Shown piece after piece: positions 1 to 9,276 of a DNA stretch of 13,402 nt (the first letter of the stretch is position 1; every line of letters starts with the position of its first letter). The DNA is from Thermodesulfobacteriota bacterium (lineage in GTDB: Bacteria; Desulfobacterota_D; UBA1144; Nemesobacterales; Mycalebacteriaceae). The DNA lies in NCBI GenBank assembly GCA_965198945.1, contig CBDAQI010000008.1, positions 1 to 13,402 on the forward strand. Reading direction: 5' to 3'. The notes under the pieces are model-generated. The model made no database searches. It worked only from the letters and a program-made list of their open reading frames with translations, and was not told the origin of the DNA. A program made the position numbers and the translations under genes.

Positions 1-1300
1 AAGGTCGCTGACGCCGCTGCATAACAAACACCGCCGATAAAAGCATTTCGATTGGCAAATATGACTTCTTTTTCTTCCCCTGTATCCTCATCAAGACTGA
101 TATAACCGCTTCCCACCGCCACGCATTGGGGGCGTGCGAATAAATGAAGCAATAATGTTTCAATGCGATGGGGATGGCTGAGATCATCGGCATCCTGCCA
201 GAGCCAGAAACGCCCCCGCGCCCGGGATATCAAATGATTGCAGACCACCCCCAGACCCTGGTTTTTCTCAGAGCGCACCAGGCTGACCGGAATCTGATCC
301 CCCACCACATCAATAATGGCCTGGCGCGATAACGGACACGCCGAACCATCGTCATGCACCACAATCTCAAAATTGCGATGACTTTGGGCCGCTAAACTCT
401 CCAGACAGGCCCTAAAATAGCGCTCCCCATTGTAATACGCGATCAGGACGCTCACCAAAGGCGGTTGATCCCCATAAGGAAAACGCAGAGCTTGCACCTT
501 CTCGTCGGGCTTGATTTCAAGATGCTCACAGAAAAAATCATCCCCGGGAACCTGGAAGACCCTATCGTCAATCAGGGCGTCCAACGGATCGGCCCGACCC
601 GCCCGACGCATCCGCGCCGCATACCGCGCCAGCATCCGAAACCGAAAACAAACAGCTCCCCTTGACCCCATGATGCTGGTACCATGTTGACGATACATAT
701 ATAAAGGCGGGTCGATATTGGTGATGGCATAGCGCTCGGCCATCCGCAACAACCAGTCCCCATCGGCACCCTCGCCCCCGTCATGACGCATCAAACCCGC
801 ATGAGACGCCGCCTCACGGCGGCTCATGACGCTGGGGCAGGCAAGTTCAGGATCAATCCGATGATGGTCCGGGTCTTGCGGAAAACTCTCATCCCCCAGA
901 GAGCGACCCCCGGCGTCAATTCGGGTTATACCGGTCCCCACCGCCCCGAATTCCTCATGACCATTGAGAAAATCCACCTGCTGCTGCAAACGATCAGATC
1001 TCGAAAGGTCATCCGCATCCTGCCAGGTCACAAAATCCCCGGTAACCGCAGCCAAAAGAGCGTTACACGCCGCCCCCGTCCCCTTGTTGGTGGCAAAAGG
1101 CGGCAATAAGAAATCCGTTTATCCCCATCAGCATATTGCTGGGCAATAGCCAGACTATCATCCGTCGATCCATCGTCCTGGATCAACAAACGCCAGTCGC
1201 CATAATTCTGCGCCAGAATGCTCTCAATCGCCGCCCGGATATAACCACCCGCATTATAGACCGGCATCAGAATATCAACCTGGCTACTACTCCTTTGCAT
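1..1300 (-). CDS. Unit 1, module A: 5' part of a tandem GT2 glycosyltransferase gene, cut by the window edge, with a 1-nt deletion frameshift at ~1111/1112
   Basis: ORF 1028-1300 begins MQRSSSQVDILMPVYN...IQDDGSTD. The + strand reads aagaaatcc versus aagacaatcc in intact copies. The remainder matches module A of unit 2. Confidence 0.85.
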
Positions 1301-1313
1301 CTTTTCTAACGTC

Positions 1314-4300
1314 TTACCTGAAAGAGAAAAAAATATTTTTTACTATACGATGAAATACATAGTCAGTTTTGAAAATGAGTGAAGGTTTGTAGATTAATGA
1401 TAAAAACAAATTAAAAAGTAATTTAATTTTAACAAAAACAATTTCAAAAAAAAATTTATTACATTTATGGTATTTATATTTTTGAAAAATATTAAAAAAA
1501 TTTAAGTCGTATAAATTAAAAATTAATACATTAATTATAAGTAGATGAATGTCATTATGAGTATATTTATTTTTATAAGTTAATAAACCAGAATAATTTA
1601 TATACTTTTTGTCATTTGTATTTTTATAGAGAAAAAATTTATAAAATTTTATTTTATTATCAATAAGATCATAATTTATATTATTTTTTTCATTCATGAT
1701 TTTTTTTACGTCTTTTAAAAAAGACAATGATTTAAAAGCAAGATCGAGAGCTTCTTTTTGTTTCGGGCGCTTATGAATGTAAACGGGTCGTAATCCAGCC
1801 AAAGCAAGAAAAGACAATGTGATCTGATACAAATCCTGAGATCGGCTGGATTGGCTGATCTGCCGATCATGCTGACGATAAGTGTAAAGAGCCCTGGAGA
1901 TGTTTTCGACCGAACCATGAGACGTCAGTCTCGCCAGAAACTCCACATCTTCAAAATACCGGTCCAGTTCGGGACGATATCCGCCGATTTTCCGCGCAAT
2001 ATCACCCCGCATCATGAAGCTTGCACAAGCTCCCTGAAAACAAATCCTGTTAATAAAAGCATTTCGATTGGCAAATATGACTTCTTTTTCTTCCCCTGTA
2101 TCCCCTGTATCCTCATCAAGACTGATATAACCGCTTCCCACCGCCACGCATTGGGGGGTGTGTGAATAAATGAAGCAATAATGTCTCAATGCGATGGGGA
2201 TGGCTGAGATCATCGGCATCCTGCCAGAGCCAGAAACGCCCCCCGCGCCCGGGATATCAAATGATTGCGGACCACCCCCAGACCCTGGTTTTTCTCAGAG
2301 CGCACCAGGCTGACCGGAATCTGATCCCCCACCACATCAATAATGGCCTGGCGCGATAACGGACACGCCGAACCATCGTCATGCACCACAATCTCAAAAT
2401 TGCGATGACTTTGGGCCGCTAAACTCTCCAGACAGGCCCTAAAATAGCGCTCCCCATTGTAATACGCGATCAGGACGCTCACCAAAGGCGGTTGATCCCC
2501 ATAAGGAAGACGCAGAGCCTGCACCCTCTCGTTGGGCTCGAGTTCAAGATGCTCACGGAAAAAATCATCCCCGGGAACCTGGAAGACCCCATCGTCAATC
2601 AGGGCGTCCAACGGATCGGCCCGACCCGCCCGACGCATCCGCGCCGCATACCGCGCCAGCATCCGAAACCGACTACAAACAGCCTCCCTTGACCCCATGA
2701 TGCTTGGTACCATGTTGACGATACATATATAAAGGCGGGTCGATATTGGTGATGGCATAGCGCTCGGCCATCCGCAACAACCAGTCCCCATCGGCACCCT
2801 CGCCCCCGTCATGACGCATCAAACCCGCATGAGACGCCGCCTCACGGCGGCTCATGACGCTGGCACAGACAAGGTCAGGATCAATCCGATGACATTCCGG
2901 GTCTTGCGGAAAACTCTCATCCCCCAGAGAGCGACCCCCGGCGTCAATTCGGGTTATACCGGTCCCCACCGCCCCGAATTCCTCATGACCATTGAGAAAA
3001 TCCACCTGCTGCTGCAAACGATCAGATCTCGAAAGGTCATCCGCATCCTGCCAGGTCACAAAATCCCCGGTAACCGCAGCCAAAAGAGCGTTACACGCCG
3101 CCCCCGTCCCCTTGTTGGTGGCAAAAGGCGGCAATAAGACAATCCGTTTATCCCCATCAGCATATTGCTGGGCAATAGCCAGACTATCATCCGTCGATCC
3201 ATCGTCCTGGATCAATAAACGCCAGTCGCCATAACTCTGCGCCACAATGCTCTCAATCGCCGCCCGGATATAACCACCCGCATTATAGACCGGCATCAGA
3301 ATATCAACCCGACCCCCGGGGCTTGTCCGATGAGGGCCCGGGCCCTCTAACTCCATTTTTTTTCTTTGATCAAGAAAAAGGGTATAATCCTGATATATTT
3401 TTTTTGAACCAAGCGCTTTATAATCATCGAGAAAATTTTCTATTTGTTTTTTATTTTTATAAATAGAAAACATTAATAAACAAATATGATTGACACAAAA
3501 ATTATTAAATATAGTCAGATTTCTAAACTCTTCTATCTTATCAAGAAATTGATCATCAATACAAATACCATAGCCGGTTAATTTTTGGGAAATTATATCA
3601 TATTCTATATTTTTGCTGGAATTACTAGTTAATTTGCGGAATATTCTTCCTACACGATTTTTTCTATTATTTAAATGTTTCAGATAATTTAATAAAGAAA
3701 GCGTTTTAACGGCAAGATCAAGGGCTTCTTTTTGTTCCGGGCGCTCATGAATGTAAACGGGTCGTAACCCATAAACAGAAAGAAAATAGCACGTGATACG
3801 GTAAAGCTCTTCATGACGACTGCCTGCCATTATTTGTCGGCTATGCTGACGATAAGTGTAAAAAGCCCCGGAGATGTTTTCGACCGAACCATGAGACGTC
3901 AGTCTCGCCAGAAACTCCACATCTTCAAAATACCGGTTCAGTTCGGGACGATATCCGCCGATTTTCCGCGCAATATCACCCCGCATCATCAAGGTCGCTG
4001 ACGCCGCTGCATAACAAACACCGCCGATAAAAGCATTTCGATTGGCAAATATGACTTCTTTTTCTTCCCCTGTATCCTCATCAAGACTGATATAACCGCT
4101 TCCCACCGCCACGCATTGGGGGCGTGCGAATAAATGAAGCAATAATGTTTCAATGCGATGGGGATGGCTGAGATCATCGGCATCCTGCCAGAGCCAGAAA
4201 CGCCCCCGCGCCCGGGATATCAAATGATTGCAGACCACCCCCAGACCCTGGTTTTTCTCAGAGCGCACCAGGCTGACCGGAATCTGATCCCCCACCACAT

Positions 4301-5291
4301 CAATAATGGCCTGGCGCGATAACGGACACGCCGAACCATCGTCATGCACCACAATCTCAAAATTGCGATGACTTTGGGCCGCTAAACTCTCCAGACAGGC
4401 CCTAAAATAGCGCTCCCCATTGTAATACGCGATCAGGACGCTCACCAAAGGCGGTTGATCCCCATAAGGAAAACGCAGAGCTTGCACCTTCTCGTCGGGC
4501 TTGATTTCAAGATGCTCACAGAAAAAATCATCCCCGGGAACCTGGAAGACCCTATCGTCAATCAGGGCGTCCAACGGATCGGCCCGACCCGCCCGACGCA
4601 TCCGCGCCGCATACCGCGCCAGCATCCGAAACCGAAAACAAACAGCTCCCCTTGACCCCATGATGCTGGTACCATGTTGACGATACATATATAAAGGCGG
4701 GTCGATATTGGTGATGGCATAGCGCTCGGCCATCCGCAACAACCAGTCCCCATCGGCACCCTCGCCCCCGTCATGACGCATCAAACCCGCATGAGACGCC
4801 GCCTCACGGCGGCTCATGACGCTGGGGCAGGCAAGTTCAGGATCAATCCGATGATGGTCCGGGTCTTGCGGAAAACTCTCATCCCCCAGAGAGCGACCCC
4901 CGGCGTCAATTCGGGTTATACCGGTCCCCACCGCCCCGAATTCCTCATGACCATTGAGAAAATCCACCTGCTGCTGCAAACGATCAGATCTCGAAAGGTC
5001 ATCCGCATCCTGCCAGGTCACAAAATCCCCGGTAACCGCAGCCAAAAGAGCGTTACACGCCGCCCCCGTCCCCTTGTTGGTGGCAAAAGGCGGCAATAAG
5101 ACAATCCGTTTATCCCCATCAGCATATTGCTGGGCAATAGCCAGACTATCATCCGTCGATCCATCGTCCTGGATCAACAAACGCCAGTCGCCATAATTCT
5201 GCGCCAGAATGCTCTCAATCGCCGCCCGGATATAACCACCCGCATTATAGACCGGCATCAGAATATCAACCTGGCTACTACTCCTTTGCAT
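1314..5291 (-). CDS. Unit 2: fused A+B' multi-domain family-2 glycosyltransferase (four GT2 domains, ~1324 aa if corrected), interrupted by three 1-nt insertions in the B' half
   Basis: ORF 2673-5291 (872 aa) reads through module A into module B in frame (..TSPGGRVDILMPVYN). It continues in ORFs 2210-2812 and 1314-2219. Extra bases lie at 2704-2705 (TT), 2239-2244 (C6 vs C5) and 2153-2158 (G6 vs G5). GT2 motifs: ILMPVYN/VLIAYYN, DDGS, WQDADD (DxD), FEDVEF, YRQH. Confidence 0.85.
2092..2109. repeat. 9-bp tandem duplication (tcccctgta x2) giving DTGDTG, unique to module B'
   Basis: Read directly. A modules have a single copy (e.g. around 4066-4074). Confidence 0.9.
3332..3347. repeat. Perfect 16-bp palindrome GAGGGCCCGGGCCCTC at the A/B junction (also 7305-7320 and 11276-11291)
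   Basis: The sequence equals its own reverse complement and can form a 6-bp GC-rich stem with a 4-nt loop. It is conserved in all three junctions. Confidence 0.9.
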
Positions 5292-5304
5292 CTTTTCTAA
5301 CGTC
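5292..5304 (-). promoter_or_regulatory. 13-nt intergenic spacer between units (TAA-GACGTTAGAAAAG-ATG), probable translation initiation region; also at 1301-1313, 9264-9276 and 13235-13247
   Basis: Identical in all four junctions. It is purine-rich (AGAAAAG) before the ATG but has no canonical Shine-Dalgarno. It is too short to hold a promoter or terminator, which implies co-transcription. Confidence 0.55.
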
Positions 5305-7270
5305 TTACCTGAAAGAGAAAAAAATATTTTTTACTATACGATGAAATACATAGTCAGTTTTGAAAATGAGTGAAGGTTTGTAGATTAATGATAAAAACAA
5401 ATTAAAAAGTAATTTAATTTTAACAAAAACAATTTCAAAAAAAAATTTATTACATTTATGGTATTTATATTTTTGAAAAATATTAAAAAAATTTAAGTCG
5501 TATAAATTAAAAATTAATACATTAATTATAAGTAGATGAATGTCATTATGAGTATATTTATTTTTATAAGTTAATAAACCAGAATAATTTATATACTTTT
5601 TGTCATTTGTATTTTTATAGAGAAAAAATTTATAAAATTTTATTTTATTATCAATAAGATCATAATTTATATTATTTTTTTCATTCATGATTTTTTTTAC
5701 GTCTTTTAAAAAAGACAATGATTTAAAAGCAAGATCGAGAGCTTCTTTTTGTTTCGGGCGCTTATGAATGTAAACGGGTCGTAATCCAGCCAAAGCAAGA
5801 AAAGACAATGTGATCTGATACAAATCCTGAGATCGGCTGGATTGGCTGATCTGCCGATCATGCTGACGATAAGTGTAAAGAGCCCTGGAGATGTTTTCGA
5901 CCGAACCATGAGACGTCAGTCTCGACAGAAACTCCACATCTTCAAAATACCGGCTTCAGTTCGGGACGATATCCGCCGATTTTCCGCGCAATATCACCCC
6001 GCATCATGAAGCTTGCACAAGCTCCCTGAAAACAAATCCTGTTAATAAAAGCGTTTTTAAAAAATAAATAACTTTTTCTGGTTTGATCCGGATAATGCAA
6101 CTCTATGGCGCTTCCCACCGCCACGCATTGGGGGTGTGCGAATAAATGAAGCAATAATGTCTCAATGCGATGGGGATGGCTGAGATCATCGGCATCCTGC
6201 CAGAGCCAGAAACGCCCCCGCGCCCGGGATATCAAATGATTGCGGACCACCCCCAGACCCTGGTTTTTCTCAGAGCGCACCAGGCTGACCGGAATCTGAT
6301 CCCCCACCACATCAATAATGGCCTGGCGCGATAACGGACACGCCGAACCATCGTCATGCACCACAATCTCAAAATTGCGATGACTTTGGGCCGCTAAACT
6401 CTCCAGACAGGCCCTAAAATAGCGCTCCCCATTGTAATACGCGATCAGGACGCTCACCAAAGGCGGTTGATCCCCATAAGGAAGACGCAGAGCCTGCACC
6501 CTCTCGTTGGGCTCGAGTTCAAGATGCTCACGGAAAAAATCATCCCCGGGAACCTGGAAGACCCCATCGTCAATCAGGGCGTCCAACGGATCGGCCCGAC
6601 CCGCCCGACGCATCCGCGCCGCATACCGCGCCAGCATCCGAAACCGAAAACAAACAGCTCCCCTTGACCCCATGATGCTGGTACCATGTTGACGATACAT
6701 ATATAAAGGCGGGTCGATATTGGTGATGGCATAGCGCTCGGCCATCCGCAACAACCAGTCCCCATCGGCACCCTCGCCCCCGTCATGACGCATCAAACCC
6801 GCATGAGACGCCGCCTCACGGCGGCTCATGACGCTGGCACAGGCAAGTTCAGGATCAATCCGATGACATTCCGGGTCTTGCGGAAAACTCTCATCCCCCA
6901 GAGAGCGACCCCCGGCGTCAATTCGGGTTATACCGGTCCCCACCGCCCCGAATTCCTCATGACCATTGAGAAAATCCACCTGCTGCTGCAAACGATCAAA
7001 TCTCGAAAGGTCATCCGCATCCTGCCAGGTCACAAAATCCCCGGTAACCACGGCCAAAAGAGCGTTACACGCCGCCCCCGTCCCCTTGTTGGTGGCAAAA
7101 GGCGGCAATAAGACAATCCGTTTATCCCCATCAGCATATTGCTGGGCAATAGCCAGACTATCATCCGTCGATCCATCGTCCTGGATCAATAAACGCCAGT
7201 CGCCATAACTCTGCGCCACAATGCTCTCAATCGCCGCCCGGATATAACCACCCGCATTATAGACCGGCAT
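5305..7270 (-). CDS. Unit 3, module B: double-GT2 glycosyltransferase with AT-rich C-terminal tail, frameshifted by a 1-nt insertion at ~5954
   Basis: ORFs 5942-7270 (442 aa) and 5305-5937 (210 aa) together match the intact 654-aa ORF at 9277-11241. The + strand reads ccggcttcag versus ccggttcag. Confidence 0.85.
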
Positions 7271-9263
7271 CAGAATATCAACCCGACCCCCGGGCTTGTC
7301 CGATGAGGGCCCGGGCCCTCTAACTCCATTTTTTTTCTTTGATCAAGAAAAAGGGTATAATCCTGATATATTTTTTTTGAACCAAGCGCTTTATAATCAT
7401 CGAGAAAATTTTCTATTTGTTTTTTATTTTTATAAATAGAAAACATTAATAAACAAATATGATTGACACAAAAATTATTAAATATAGTCAGATTTCTAAA
7501 CTCTTCTATCTTATCAAGAAATTGATCATCAATACAAATACCATAGCCGGTTAATTTTTGGGAAATTATATCATATTCTATATTTTTGCTGGAATTACTA
7601 GTTAATTTGCGGAATATTCTTCCTACACGATTTTTTCTATTATTTAAATGTTTCAGATAATTTAATAAAGAAAGCGTTTTAACGGCAAGATCAAGGGCTT
7701 CTTTTTGTTCCGGGCGCTCATGAATGTAAACGGGTCGTAACCCATAAACAGAAAGAAAATAGCACGTGATACGGTAAAGCTCTTCATGACGACTGCCTGC
7801 CATTATTTGTCGGCTATGCTGACGATAAGTGTAAAAAGCCCCGGAGATGTTTTCGACCGAACCATGAGACGTCAGTCTCGCCAGAAACTCCACATCTTCA
7901 AAATACCGGTTCAGTTCGGGACGATATCCGCCGATTTTCCGCGCAATATCACCCCGCATCATCAAGGTCGCTGACGCCGCTGCATAACAAACACCGCCGA
8001 TAAAAGCATTTCGATTGGCAAATATGACTTCTTTTTCTTCCCCTGTATCCTCATCAAGACTGATATAACCGCTTCCCACCGCCACGCATTGGGGGCGTGC
8101 GAATAAATGAAGCAATAATGTTTCAATGCGATGGGGATGGCTGAGATCATCGGCATCCTGCCAGAGCCAGAAACGCCCCCGCGCCCGGGATATCAAATGA
8201 TTGCAGACCACCCCCAGACCCTGGTTTTTCTCAGAGCGCACCAGGCTGACCGGAATCTGATCCCCCACCACATCAATAATGGCCTGGCGCGATAACGGAC
8301 ACGCCGAACCATCGTCATGCACCACAATCTCAAAATTGCGATGACTTTGGGCCGCTAAACTCTCCAGACAGGCCCTAAAATAGCGCTCCCCATTGTAATA
8401 CGCGATCAGGACGCTCACCAAAGGCGGTTGATCCCCATAAGGAAAACGCAGAGCTTGCACCTTCTCGTCGGGCTTGATTTCAAGATGCTCACAGAAAAAA
8501 TCATCCCCGGGAACCTGGAAGACCCTATCGTCAATCAGGGCGTCCAACGGATCGGCCCGACCCGCCCGACGCATCCGCGCCGCATACCGCGCCAGCATCC
8601 GAAACCGAAAACAAACAGCTCCCCTTGACCCCATGATGCTGGTACCATGTTGACGATACATATATAAAGGCGGGTCGATATTGGTGATGGCATAGCGCTC
8701 GGCCATCCGCAACAACCAGTCCCCATCGGCACCCTCGCCCCCGTCATGACGCATCAAACCCGCATGAGACGCCGCCTCACGGCGGCTCATGACGCTGGGG
8801 CAGGCAAGTTCAGGATCAATCCGATGATGGTCCGGGTCTTGCGGAAAACTCTCATCCCCCAGAGAGCGACCCCCGGCGTCAATTCGGGTTATACCGGTCC
8901 CCACCGCCCCGAATTCCTCATGACCATTGAGAAAATCCACCTGCTGCTGCAAACGATCAGATCTCGAAAGGTCATCCGCATCCTGCCAGGTCACAAAATC
9001 CCCGGTAACCGCAGCCAAAAGAGCGTTACACGCCGCCCCCGTCCCCTTGTTGGTGGCAAAAGGCGGCAATAAGAAATCCGTTTATCCCCATCAGCATATT
9101 GCTGGGCAATAGCCAGACTATCATCCGTCGATCCATCGTCCTGGATCAACAAACGCCAGTCGCCATAATTCTGCGCCAGAATGCTCTCAATCGCCGCCCG
9201 GATATAACCACCCGCATTATAGACCGGCATCAGAATATCAACCTGGCTACTACTCCTTTGCAT
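7270..9263 (-). CDS. Unit 3, module A: double-GT2 glycosyltransferase (664 aa if corrected), frameshifted by a 1-nt deletion at ~9074/9075; its stop overlaps the module B ATG
   Basis: ORFs 8991-9263 and 7270-9069 reconstruct module A, ending TSPGVGLIF*. The TGA shares base 7270 with the ATG of MPVYN. Confidence 0.85.
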
Positions 9264-9276
9264 CTTTTCTAACGTC

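Noticed and set aside
572..784. Short alternative-frame minus-strand ORFs (MTGARVPMG.., MVRSKTSPG.., MPMISAIP..)
   Set aside because: Out-of-frame overlaps inside the GT2 gene. They join GT2 sequence only where an indel shifts the frame.
465..1149. Recurrent + strand ORFs (66, 108 and 61-80 aa) and their repeats through the window
   Set aside because: Antisense shadows of the GC-rich GT2 frame with no recognisable motifs. They recur only because the DNA is repeated.
2239..2244. C5/C6 and G5/G6 tracts as classical phase-variation switches
   Set aside because: The tracts are shorter than typical contingency repeats, and several other indels are not in homopolymers. Sequencing error is at least as likely.
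3332..3363. Palindrome plus T run as a rho-independent terminator
   Set aside because: On the coding (minus) strand there is no U tract after the stem. On the + strand the T8 is 8 nt away from the stem and no + strand gene is supported.
5270..5288. AAGGAG Shine-Dalgarno-like motif just inside the module A start
   Set aside because: No in-frame ATG/GTG/TTG lies at normal spacing; the next in-frame ATG is about 22 nt downstream.
1314..5291. Diversity-generating retroelement as the source of module variation
   Set aside because: Differences are not adenine-specific (e.g. CTG/GTG, block replacements), and no reverse transcriptase is present in the window.
5305..9276. Small plasmid, phage or IS concatemer as the 4 kb unit
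   Set aside because: The unit is entirely GT2 coding plus 13 nt, with no rep, transposase, integrase or terminal inverted repeats.
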